Positions 9,567-18,503 of a stretch of DNA of 64,000 nucleotides are shown piece by piece. Location: positions 1-64,000 of the IMG/VR virus record IMGVR_UViG_3300036770_007174, one strand, 5' to 3'. The position numbers and the translations under genes are program-made. This DNA comes from a virus. Position 1 is the first letter of the stretch. The number at the start of each line of letters is the position of its first letter. Below the pieces are notes generated by a model. It did not search any database. It was not told where the DNA came from and saw only the letters and a list, made by a program, of their open reading frames with translations.

Positions 9567-10733
9567 GTGAGCACTAACCTCGTGCGCATGAAGTTCGCCG
9601 CCGTTGCGGCCAAGATCGAGGTGGCACCCGGCACCGACGCCATCGGCGGCACCCCCGCGGCCGCGGACTGGATCGCGTCCGAGATGGAGGTCCAGTTCGA
9701 CCCCACCATCATCGAACTGCCCGAGCTGACTGGCTCACTCGACAAGGCCTCCGCGGTGGTCGGCGGCCTTAAGCCGCGCCTGCGCCTGCGCATGCCCCTG
9801 CGCGGGTCCGGTGCCGCCGGCACCGCGCCGGACTTCGGCAAGCTGCTGCGCTGCTGCACCTTCTCCGAACTGGTGACCGCCTCGGCGATCGGCGCACCCA
9901 CCGCGGCCACCGCCGGCACCACGACGACGGTCACCGCCGCGACACCCTTCGGCACCACCGCCCAGCAGTATCGGGGCATGCCGCTCATCGTCACCGGCAT
10001 TGCCGCTGGCACCACCGGGATCGTCGACTATACCGCGGCGCGGGTCATCACCACGGGCGATACCGCCGGGACGGCCTACACCACCGGCAGCCTGCTGCAG
10101 ATCCCGATCAACGTCCTCTACAGCCCGACCTCGGACGAGAGCGTCTACAAGACCGCGACGATCTACTTCTACGCCGACGGCCTGCTCTGGACCTTCACCG
10201 GGGCGCTGGGCACCGCCTCGCTCGAGCTCACCACCGGGGGCATCGGCTTCATCACCTTCGAGATGCGCGCCCAGTTCGCCAGCAAGACCGCCACCGCCGT
10301 GCCGGCCGGTGCCGCCGCCGTGCTGCGTCCGACGCCGCCCCGCTTCGTCGGCGGAAAGTGCCAGTTCAACAAGGCACTGGCCCAGGTGCGGACGCTCACC
10401 ATCAATGCCGGCGTCAATGTCATCCTGCCGGACGATCCCGAGAGTGCCGAGGGGTATGGCGCCGCCCTGCCGATCGAGCGCGACGTCGCCGGAAACCTCG
10501 ATCCCTACATGAACACCACCAACTCGGTGGCGCTGTTCAACGCCTTCCGGGCGGGGACATCGATGTCGCTGATGGCGATCATCGGCAGCACGCCTGGCAA
10601 CCGCTTCGTGGCCATCGTGCCCAACGCCAAGGCGATCGGCATGGACCCAGGCCAGCGTGACGGACTCGGCCAGCACGGCATCGGCTTCCAGGGCGATGGC
10701 GCCGACAGCGCCTTCTACCTGGCCCAGTTCTGA
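9567..10733 (+). CDS. major tail tube protein
   Basis: 388 aa, Thr/Ala/Gly-rich, GTAPDFGKLLRCC, TIYFYADG; position. Confidence 0.75.
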   Translation: MSTNLVRMKFAAVAAKIEVAPGTDAIGGTPAAADWIASEMEVQFDPTIIELPELTGSLDKASAVVGGLKPRLRLRMPLRGSGAAGTAPDFGKLLRCCTFSELVTASAIGAPTAATAGTTTTVTAATPFGTTAQQYRGMPLIVTGIAAGTTGIVDYTAARVITTGDTAGTAYTTGSLLQIPINVLYSPTSDESVYKTATIYFYADGLLWTFTGALGTASLELTTGGIGFITFEMRAQFASKTATAVPAGAAAVLRPTPPRFVGGKCQFNKALAQVRTLTINAGVNVILPDDPESAEGYGAALPIERDVAGNLDPYMNTTNSVALFNAFRAGTSMSLMAIIGSTPGNRFVAIVPNAKAIGMDPGQRDGLGQHGIGFQGDGADSAFYLAQF

Positions 10734-10755
10734 CCCCTCCACCAGGAGCCCCATC

Positions 10756-11400
10756 ATGGATAGCATGACCGCCCCGCCGGTGTTCTCGGCGCACGACCTC
10801 GTGGCCTTCACCCCGCCGGGCAGCCCGCGCACCTATCGCCTGGCGCCGCTCACCTATCGCGAGCGCATCGCCTTCCGCGCCGCGCTCGCCAGGGAGGCCG
10901 GCATGCGCCCCTCGCCCCAGGACGTCAGCAATGGCCTGCGTGCTGCGCTCCGTGAGATCGGTCCGGCCAACCTCGACGAGGCCCTCGCCGTCGTGGACGA
11001 GGCCGACGCCGCCCGTGAAGCCGTGGACGCCACGCCGGATGATGCGGCGCTCAAGACCAAGCTGGCCGAGGCACAGGCGCGGCTGGCCGTGATCATCACC
11101 GCCTGCATGGACGTGCCGGTCTATGCCGAACTGCGTGCGGCCGGCGAGCGCTGGACCGGCATGGCACCGTGGGTGGCATGCCGGCATGCGCTGCGCGGCT
11201 GGGATGGTCCCGGGCTGCCCGCCTTTCGGCGAGACAAGGGACTGGTGCCCGAGGAGCTGCTCGATGCGCTGCCGGCAAGCGAGGTCACAGCCATGGGCTG
11301 GCGAGCCTTCCTGCTGGTGTCGTTGGACCGGAGTGCGGAGGGAAACTCCGCGGCGCCCTCGCCGTCGCCCGAGACCCCGACGCCTTCGCCGGAGGGTTGA
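10756..11400 (+). CDS. tail assembly chaperone (gpG-like)
   Basis: AGGAG RBS; follows tail tube; slippery heptamer G GGA AAC at 11340-11346. Confidence 0.7.
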   Translation: MDSMTAPPVFSAHDLVAFTPPGSPRTYRLAPLTYRERIAFRAALAREAGMRPSPQDVSNGLRAALREIGPANLDEALAVVDEADAAREAVDATPDDAALKTKLAEAQARLAVIITACMDVPVYAELRAAGERWTGMAPWVACRHALRGWDGPGLPAFRRDKGLVPEELLDALPASEVTAMGWRAFLLVSLDRSAEGNSAAPSPSPETPTPSPEG

Positions 11401-11669
11401 CGCCGGAGGACGGCTCCGACTGGATGGTCGCGGGCGAGCCGTGGCCGGGTGGCAACCCAAGGCTGACGGTGGCCGCGGCCTGGCATGACGTTGTCCGGCT
11501 CTGGGCGGCCTGCCGCGATCCCGAGGGCGGCATCTCGCATTGGCCGGATGCCGGAGGCGTCGGCGACCAGGCAGCATGGCTCGTTGATGTCTTTGCCACC
11601 CTGGGCACGATCTACGCCAAGATGGTCGAGAGCGAGGCGCGGCTCCGGGGCCAGTCGGTCAGCGCGTGA
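11340..11669 (+). CDS. gpT-like -1 frameshift extension of tail chaperone
   Basis: -1 frame open from the slippery site to 11669 (KLRGALAVARDPDAF...WPDAGGVGDQAAWLVDVF). Confidence 0.65.
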   Translation, partial: GKLRGALAVARDPDAFAGGLTPEDGSDWMVAGEPWPGGNPRLTVAAAWHDVVRLWAACRDPEGGISHWPDAGGVGDQAAWLVDVFATLGTIYAKMVESEARLRGQSVSA

Positions 11670-12552
11670 GGGCGCCGTAGGTCTCGGGACGGCGATGCTC
11701 GTCGAACTTCCACGTCGCCTTCACCTCGCGGACGACATCGAGGTCGATATCGGCCACCACCAACGCATCGCGATCGTCCGGTCCCTGGGCCAGGATGCGG
11801 CCACGCGGATCCGCCACATAGCTCGACCCGTAGAACTCGCCGATCGCCCAGGGTTCCTCGACACCGACGCGGTTGATGGCACCGACGTAGAAACCATTGG
11901 CAACCGCGGCCGCCGGTTGTTCCAGGGTCCAGAGGTGCTGGCTCAACCCCTTCCAGGTTGCCGAGGGATTCACGACATACTCGGCACCCGCCAGACCGAG
12001 GGCACGCCAGCCTTCGGGGAAGTGGCGGTCGTAGCAAATGTAGACGCCCAGCTTCAGGTAGCGCGTCTGGAACACCGGGAACCCTGTGGTCCCTGGCTCG
12101 AACCAGAAGCGCTCGGTGCCGCGCTCCTCATTGCCGATCATCGTGTGCAGGTGGCTGCCGATGGTCGGGATATGGGTTTTCTCGTAGGTGCCCAGGACCG
12201 AGCCATCGGCGTCGATCACCACCGCAGTGTTGGTCTTGCGGCCATCATCGTGGCGCCGGTAGAGCGGCACCACGATCACCATGCTGTGCTTGCGGGCAAG
12301 CTGGCACATCAACTGCGTGGTCGGCCCCTCCGGCACCCGTTCCGCCGCTTCCAGCCAGCGTGGCTCGGCCACGGGGCAGAAGTAGGGGGAATTGAACACC
12401 TCCTGGAAGCAGATCACCTGCACGCCCTGCTCCGCCGCCTGGCGCACCTGTTCGGCGTGGGCGGCATTCATCGCGTCGCGGATCTCTGCGACCGGCGCCG
12501 AAGTCGGTGCCTTCAGCGCCATCTGGACCAAACCAACACGCACCACGCTCAT
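11659..12552 (-). CDS. nitrilase-family C-N hydrolase (beta-ureidopropionase-like), moron
   Basis: Glu-Lys-Cys triad FQEVF / YEKTHIP / ICYDRHFPE; EQPAAAVAN, AINRVG, FYGSSY. Confidence 0.88.
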   Translation of the reverse strand: MSVVRVGLVQMALKAPTSAPVAEIRDAMNAAHAEQVRQAAEQGVQVICFQEVFNSPYFCPVAEPRWLEAAERVPEGPTTQLMCQLARKHSMVIVVPLYRRHDDGRKTNTAVVIDADGSVLGTYEKTHIPTIGSHLHTMIGNEERGTERFWFEPGTTGFPVFQTRYLKLGVYICYDRHFPEGWRALGLAGAEYVVNPSATWKGLSQHLWTLEQPAAAVANGFYVGAINRVGVEEPWAIGEFYGSSYVADPRGRILAQGPDDRDALVVADIDLDVVREVKATWKFDEHRRPETYGALTR

Positions 12553-12681
12553 CTGCCCACTCCCCAGGTCGCTTCCATGCGGCGGTCGGGACCGATCCGA
12601 GCCGAGCCCCAGGACGCAGCGTAGCCACGCAACCCGGGCATCGGCCAGCACAAGCGTGGGAGCATCTCCAGGAACCACTCC

Positions 12682-13431
12682 ATGTTCGTCCGCGCTGCCG
12701 TGTTTGGCCGCCTGCGTGAGGCGATGCAGGCCGAGGTGCGTGCGGTGGCAGGTGGCCTGCGCCGTGCCGTCGCCGCGACCGGCCGCGAGGTACAGTCCGA
12801 GTTGCGGGCGCAGGCGCGATCGGCCGGCTTCAAGGATGGCGGCCGCAGCATCGCCAATGCCTGGCGCCTGAACCTCTATCCGGCCGCAGGGACGGCACCC
12901 ACGACCTTCAAGCCGGCGGCGCTGGTCTGGTCGCGCATGCCGACCGTCGTCACCGCCTTCGATCGTGGCGCCACCATCGTCGCCCGCGGCCGCACCTACA
13001 TGGCCATCCCCACCGGCTACAACGCCATCGGCGGCCGCAGGGCGGGCCGGCGTGGCGGGCTGCGCATCACCCCGGCCCAGATGATCCAGGCGGGGCGTCG
13101 CGGCGCGGCTTTCGTGCTGCCCAGCCGGTCGCGTCCTGGCACCGCGCTGTGGTGCCTGCACGTGGCCGCCGCCACCGGCACCTCGCGTCGCACCCGCAAC
13201 CGGCTGCGGCTCTTCGTCGGCAGCGGCACCGAGGTGCTGACCGGGCACCGCAAGGGCCAGGCCCAGCGCCGCCAGGAGATCCTGGCCCAGGGCTTCGTGC
13301 CGATGTTTCTGCTGCTCAAGCGAGTGACCCTGCGCAAGCGGTTGGACGTCGCCGGCGTCCGACGGCGCGTGCCGAGCCTGTTGGCCCGCAACACCATCCT
13401 GGAACTTCGCGGTCGGGAGGCGTCTCGATGA
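12682..13431 (+). CDS. tail completion/neck protein (DUF6441-like)
   Basis: Basic 249 aa, ANAWRLNLYP, AALVWSRMP, FVPMFLLLKRVTLRKRLD; overlaps tape measure start. Confidence 0.7.
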   Translation: MFVRAAVFGRLREAMQAEVRAVAGGLRRAVAATGREVQSELRAQARSAGFKDGGRSIANAWRLNLYPAAGTAPTTFKPAALVWSRMPTVVTAFDRGATIVARGRTYMAIPTGYNAIGGRRAGRRGGLRITPAQMIQAGRRGAAFVLPSRSRPGTALWCLHVAAATGTSRRTRNRLRLFVGSGTEVLTGHRKGQAQRRQEILAQGFVPMFLLLKRVTLRKRLDVAGVRRRVPSLLARNTILELRGREASR

Positions 13432-16400
13432 GCGGTAGCGTCGCCCGCACCGTCGGCATCCGCGTCTCCACTGAGGGCGCCGACCGTGCCCGCCGCGAGC
13501 TCGAGCAGTTCGGCACCGCCGGTGAGGCGGCGTTGCGCCGCGTCGAGGTCGCCTCGGCCGCGGCTTCGCCTGGGTTGCAGCGCTTGGCCGGCGCGTCGGA
13601 CATTGCCACCCGCGCCTTCCAGGGCATGGGCGGGAGCCTTGGCACTGTCGGGAGCACGTTTGCCGGCGTCTCCGTCGCCGCGGGTGGGCTGACCGCCGGG
13701 ATCGTGGCGATGGGCGCCGCCGCGGTCGCCGCCGGGGTCCAGATCGCCAAGGCCGGCGACACCGCCACGGCCGTGCTGGCCCGCCTGGCCAGTGCTACAG
13801 GGTCTGCCTCCGCGGCCGAGCGCGCCTTCGAGGGGCTCTTCCGGCTCTCACAGCAGACCGGCATCGCGGTCGCCGACAGTGCCGGCGCCTTTGCCCGCTT
13901 CGCCGTCGCAGCCAAGGAGGTCGGTGCCACCAACGACCAGGTGCTCAAGCTGGTCGGCGGCCTGCAGAAGGCTGGCATCGTCGCCGGGGCCTCGGCCGAG
14001 GAGACCGGCGCCGCCACCCAGCAATTGGCCCAGGCGCTGGCCTCCGGCGTGCTGCAGGGCGACGAGCTCCGCTCCCTGCTGGAGAACATGCCGCAGCTGG
14101 CCCAAGCGCTGGCCCGCGAACTGGGCGTCGGCATCGGCCAGCTGCGGCAGATGGGCAGCGAGGGCAAGCTCACCGCCGACCGTGTCCTGCCGGCGTTGAT
14201 CGCCGCCGGAGAGAAGCTCGCCGCCGAGTTCGACAAGCTGCCGCCAACTATGGGCCGCGCCTTCGGCGTGCTCGGCGCGGCGATGGACAACTTCGCCAGC
14301 CAGCTCGACAAGGCACTCGGCCTTTCCCAGGCCATCGCCAAGGCGGCCATGGAGGCGGCCGCCGCGGTCAACGCCGTGCAACGCTATGTCGCCCCCACCG
14401 ACCGCCAGGCAGCAGAGAACGATGTCGCCCGCACCCGTGCCCGGTTGGAAGGCCTGCGCGCGGCCCCTGCGATGGACGATGGTTCCGACCCGGCCCGTGG
14501 CTACTCCCCGGTCCAGCGTGCCCAGTTGCAGGCCGCCGCCACAGCCCGGCAAACCGCCCTGCGCCAGGCGGAGAGCGAGTATCGAGCCGCCAATGATCGC
14601 CTGGCCGAGATCGAGCGCGAGGGCCAACGCGAGCGCTTCGGCGACTTCGTCACCGCCCAGGCCAAGGCCGCCGATGCAGCCCGTGTCCGTGCCGCCCAGG
14701 ACGTGCGCGAGGTTGTCGAGGCCAACGACAAGAAGCTCAAGGCAACCCGCGAATACCAGGAGCAACTGCAGAAGATCGCCCGCGCCGAGGCCGCCGGCGT
14801 CACCACCCTGCCGGGTGGCGCAGCCTTCGATGCCACCCGTGCGCGGGCAGATGCACTGCGCGAGTACCAGGACAAGCTGGCCAAGGCCAATGAGGAGGGC
14901 CAGAAGGCCACCAAGCTGGCCGACGAGCAGGCGGCCAAGGTCGGCAAGGTCTCCGAGGCCCTGGCCATCGAGCTCGACCGGCAGACCCGGCTGGCCGACG
15001 CACAGCGCCAGGGGACCGGCGCGATCCAGGCTCTCAACACGGAACTGGAGATTGAACGCCAGCTGCGCGAGGCCGGCATCCCGCCGATCGAGAAGCGCAC
15101 CGTCGCCCAGCAGCGCGAAGCCGACGCTATCGAGAAGACGGTACGCCAGATCGAGGCGCAGCGTGCCGCAGTGAAGTCCGCCCAGGACGATCAGAAGAAA
15201 CTCGACGACGCCCGGCGCGAGCAAGAGCAGCAGGTCAAATCCACCACCGATGATGTGGTGCACTATGCCGGCGATCGCTTCGCCGACCTGTTCTCCCGCA
15301 CTGGCCGCGGCTGGGCCGGTTTGATGGACGATCTCTACCGCCTAGCGGTGTCGACTTTTGCCCGCATCGCGGCGGAGGCGATGATCCGGCCGATCGTCAC
15401 GCCGATCGTCCAGGGTATCTTTGGCGGTGGGATCGGCGGTATCGCCGGTGTGGGTGGGACATCAGGCGGCACGTCGCTCCTCGGCCTGCTCGGCCTTGGC
15501 AACCTCGGCGAGACGCTGGGGCTGACGGGCCCCGGTGGTCTGCTCTCCAGCATCGGCTCCGGCCTTGGCCTCACCGGTGCCGGCGGGTTGTTGGGGGCGA
15601 CCGCCATCACCGGCTGGGGCACCTCCACCAGTGCCGCGCTGGGCGCCATGGGGGGCGCCTATGGTCCGGCGTCGCTCGCCCAGTTGCAGGCCTTTGGTGG
15701 CGGTGGGCTGTTCGGTGGTACCGGAGCCACCTTCGGGTCGCTGCTCGGCGGCGCGGGGGCCGGCTTCGGGGCCGGCATGCTGCTCAACGGCCTGCTCGGC
15801 GGCAACCAGACCGGCGGCATGGTGGGCTCCGGTATCGGCGCCGCCGCGGGCGCCGCGCTGGGCAGCATCATCCCTGGGATCGGCACGCTGCTCGGGGGCA
15901 TCCTTGGTGGGGCCGCCGGCGGCGGGCTCGGGGGACTGTTCGGCCCCGGCGAGAGCGTGCGCGGCTTCGGGCTTCGGTTGCAGAGCGCCGGCTGGGGACC
16001 AGACGCGACGCCCTCGAACGCCATGGCTGACCAGCTGCTACCGATCGACTACCGCTACTACAACGACAGCGGCAAGACGGTCTTCGCGCAGGCGGAGCAG
16101 GTCGTCGCCGCCACCAACGCCTACCTGGCCCAGCGGGGCCTGCAGGTGGGTGGTGTCAGCGTCATCGGTGGCAACAAGAATGGCGCCGACTATTCCTGGG
16201 CGGACGCCGGCTCGGTCGAGGAGGCGTACACAAGGCTGCGCTTCGCCTCGCGCGACAATGCGGACCTCACCCGCTCGCTGCAGGGCAAGACCTTCTCCGG
16301 CGTGGACAAGCTGGCGCAATGGGTCGACGGCTTCCTCGCTGCGCAGGCCGAGATCGACAAGCTCGGCACGGCGCCGCTGGCGGCCTTCACGCAGCAGGTC

Positions 16401-18443
16401 GAGGCGATCAACGCTGCCTTCGACAAGGCGATCGAGACCGCCCGTACGTACGGGCTCGCCGAGGATAAGCTCAACACGGAGCGGGCGCGGCAGATCGCGG
16501 CACTGGAAGCCCAGCGCGCGGAGACGCTGCGTCAGGGCGAGGTGGCACTGGCGATCCGTCGCCTGACCGCCGAGGGCAACAGCGAGGCCGCCGACCTGGC
16601 CAGGCAGACCGAGGCGGCCCGGCAGGAGACGCAGGCCTTCACCGAGCAGCTCGAGGCGCTCGCCATCGCCGCGGCCGAGAAGTCCCGCCTTCTCGTCGAA
16701 CTGGAGGAGACCCAGGCCGCCGAGCGGGCAGCGATCATAGAACGCTATGCCGACCAGGCACGGGATGCGCTGCTGCGCACCGGCGGGTCTATCCGCGCCT
16801 ATCTCGACAACCTGCGTGCTGGTGCAAGCGGTGGCGCGTCGCCGACCGATCGCCTCGTCGAGGCACAGAACGCCTTTGGGCGGGACCTGGCGCTGGCGCG
16901 CGGTGGGGATGCCGATGCCCTGGCCCGGATCACGCAGACCGCGGACACGCTGCTTACCGCCAGCCGGGCGATGGACGCCTCGGGGGCCGACTTTCAGGCT
17001 CTGCGGCAGTTCGTCATCTCCAGCCTGGAGAACCTGCCGGCCACCCAGTCCTACGACGCGCAAATCCTCGCCGCCCTGCAGCGCCTCGGCGGCTCGGTGA
17101 ATGTGCAGGTCGGTGTCGAGGTCATCCGCGTCATCACCGAGGCGCTGAACGCCCTGCCGGACGCCGACCGGACGCGGTTGGTGCAGAGCGCCACCGTGCT
17201 GCGTACCGTCGAGGAACGGATGGGCCGGTTGCTGTCTGACGTCGAGGTCGACGCCCTGGTGCAGGGCGCCGTCATCCGTCGCGACGTCGAGCAATCGATG
17301 CAGCGCGACCTCTCCGTCGCCGAGCGTGCCGGGCTGGTGCAGGCCGCGGACATCACCCGGGCCATCCAGCAGGCCATGGCGCGCGACCTGTCGCCCGCAG
17401 AGCGGGCCGGGCTGCTGTGGGACGCCGACATCACTCGCGCCGTCCAGCAGGCGATGGGACGCGACCTGTCCGCGGCTGAGCGTGCGAGGCTCGTGCAGGC
17501 CAGCGAGGTCCTGCGTAGCATCGAGCAGACGATCGGGCGGAACCTCTCTGACGTCGAGCGTGACACCCTGGTGCAGGGCGCCAGCGTCGAACGGGTGATC
17601 GAGCAGGCCATCGGACGCGACCTCTCCGTCGAGGAGCGTGCCGGGCTGGTCCAGGCCGCCAGTGTCATCCGCACCGTGGAGCAGCAGCTGGGCCGGCAGC
17701 TCACTGCCGCCGAGCGGGCGCTGGTCTACGAGAGCACCACCGTGGTGCGCGGGATCAGCCAGACCATCTTCCCCGCCACCGGCACCATCATCGTGCCGGA
17801 GAATGAGGCGGTACTGCGCGGCATCTTCCAGCAGGTGCTCGCGGCGACCGGGGCGCAACTTCTGACCGACGAGAGCATCACCCGCATCATCCGCCAGGCG
17901 GTCGAGACCACAGAGACCATCCAGATCAGCCGCTCGATCGACGACAAGCTGTCCGGACTGCTCACCACGGCCAACGCCATCCTGGCCACCATGCGCGACG
18001 ACATCGCCGCCACGCGGGGCTTCACCAACCAGGTGGTGCAGAACACCCAGACGCTGATCGACGGTCGCCCCGGCGATGGCGGCGAAGGTGGTGCCTTCGC
18101 CTTCGGTGGCGTGTTTGCCGGCGGCAATGTGATCCCCTTCGCGCGGGGCGGTGTGCCCGACCTGGTGCACCAGCCGACCATGGCGCCCATGGCGTTGTTC
18201 GGCGAGGCCGGTCCCGAGGCGATCATGCCGCTGCGCCGTGGCAGCGATGGCCGGCTCGGTGTGCAGGCCCGTGTCCCGGCACTCGATCTCGGAGCACTGG
18301 TCGCCGCCATCGATCGCCTGGAGCGCGCTATACGCGAGGTCGGCGCCCTGCAGGCCAGCGAGACGCGCGCCGGTGTGGCCTCTGTCGTCGACGAACTGCA
18401 GCGGGTCACCGCCCCGCTCCGCCGCCTCGCGCAGGCCAGCTGA
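13428..18443 (+). CDS. tail tape measure protein
   Basis: ~1671 aa; tape-measure domain GVLQGDELRSLLENMPQLA, Gly-rich hydrophobic segment, lambda-H-like C-terminus FARGG...GEAGPEAIMPL. Confidence 0.93.
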   Translation: MSGSVARTVGIRVSTEGADRARRELEQFGTAGEAALRRVEVASAAASPGLQRLAGASDIATRAFQGMGGSLGTVGSTFAGVSVAAGGLTAGIVAMGAAAVAAGVQIAKAGDTATAVLARLASATGSASAAERAFEGLFRLSQQTGIAVADSAGAFARFAVAAKEVGATNDQVLKLVGGLQKAGIVAGASAEETGAATQQLAQALASGVLQGDELRSLLENMPQLAQALARELGVGIGQLRQMGSEGKLTADRVLPALIAAGEKLAAEFDKLPPTMGRAFGVLGAAMDNFASQLDKALGLSQAIAKAAMEAAAAVNAVQRYVAPTDRQAAENDVARTRARLEGLRAAPAMDDGSDPARGYSPVQRAQLQAAATARQTALRQAESEYRAANDRLAEIEREGQRERFGDFVTAQAKAADAARVRAAQDVREVVEANDKKLKATREYQEQLQKIARAEAAGVTTLPGGAAFDATRARADALREYQDKLAKANEEGQKATKLADEQAAKVGKVSEALAIELDRQTRLADAQRQGTGAIQALNTELEIERQLREAGIPPIEKRTVAQQREADAIEKTVRQIEAQRAAVKSAQDDQKKLDDARREQEQQVKSTTDDVVHYAGDRFADLFSRTGRGWAGLMDDLYRLAVSTFARIAAEAMIRPIVTPIVQGIFGGGIGGIAGVGGTSGGTSLLGLLGLGNLGETLGLTGPGGLLSSIGSGLGLTGAGGLLGATAITGWGTSTSAALGAMGGAYGPASLAQLQAFGGGGLFGGTGATFGSLLGGAGAGFGAGMLLNGLLGGNQTGGMVGSGIGAAAGAALGSIIPGIGTLLGGILGGAAGGGLGGLFGPGESVRGFGLRLQSAGWGPDATPSNAMADQLLPIDYRYYNDSGKTVFAQAEQVVAATNAYLAQRGLQVGGVSVIGGNKNGADYSWADAGSVEEAYTRLRFASRDNADLTRSLQGKTFSGVDKLAQWVDGFLAAQAEIDKLGTAPLAAFTQQVEAINAAFDKAIETARTYGLAEDKLNTERARQIAALEAQRAETLRQGEVALAIRRLTAEGNSEAADLARQTEAARQETQAFTEQLEALAIAAAEKSRLLVELEETQAAERAAIIERYADQARDALLRTGGSIRAYLDNLRAGASGGASPTDRLVEAQNAFGRDLALARGGDADALARITQTADTLLTASRAMDASGADFQALRQFVISSLENLPATQSYDAQILAALQRLGGSVNVQVGVEVIRVITEALNALPDADRTRLVQSATVLRTVEERMGRLLSDVEVDALVQGAVIRRDVEQSMQRDLSVAERAGLVQAADITRAIQQAMARDLSPAERAGLLWDADITRAVQQAMGRDLSAAERARLVQASEVLRSIEQTIGRNLSDVERDTLVQGASVERVIEQAIGRDLSVEERAGLVQAASVIRTVEQQLGRQLTAAERALVYESTTVVRGISQTIFPATGTIIVPENEAVLRGIFQQVLAATGAQLLTDESITRIIRQAVETTETIQISRSIDDKLSGLLTTANAILATMRDDIAATRGFTNQVVQNTQTLIDGRPGDGGEGGAFAFGGVFAGGNVIPFARGGVPDLVHQPTMAPMALFGEAGPEAIMPLRRGSDGRLGVQARVPALDLGALVAAIDRLERAIREVGALQASETRAGVASVVDELQRVTAPLRRLAQAS
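17165..17740 (+). repeat. ~7 tandem 26-aa (78-bp) coding repeats in tape measure
   Basis: Units such as RAGLVQAADITRAIQQAMARDLSPAE and RDTLVQGASVERVIEQAIGRDLSVEE. Confidence 0.85.
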
Positions 18444-18503
18444 GTCGGACAGCTCGCCAGCGACACACGCACCAACGTCCATCCCACACTCCTGGAGCCC
18501 AGC

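Noticed and set aside
13149-13427. Upstream extensions in the ORF track (tape measure from 13149, nitrilase from 13248, fibre from 22693, 952-aa gene from 29257)
   Set aside because: They overlap real genes or lack an RBS; downstream coupled ATGs were chosen instead
15420-15950. Gly-rich low-complexity stretch as a DNA repeat element
   Set aside because: Ordinary hydrophobic Gly/Ala/Leu segment of tape measure proteins
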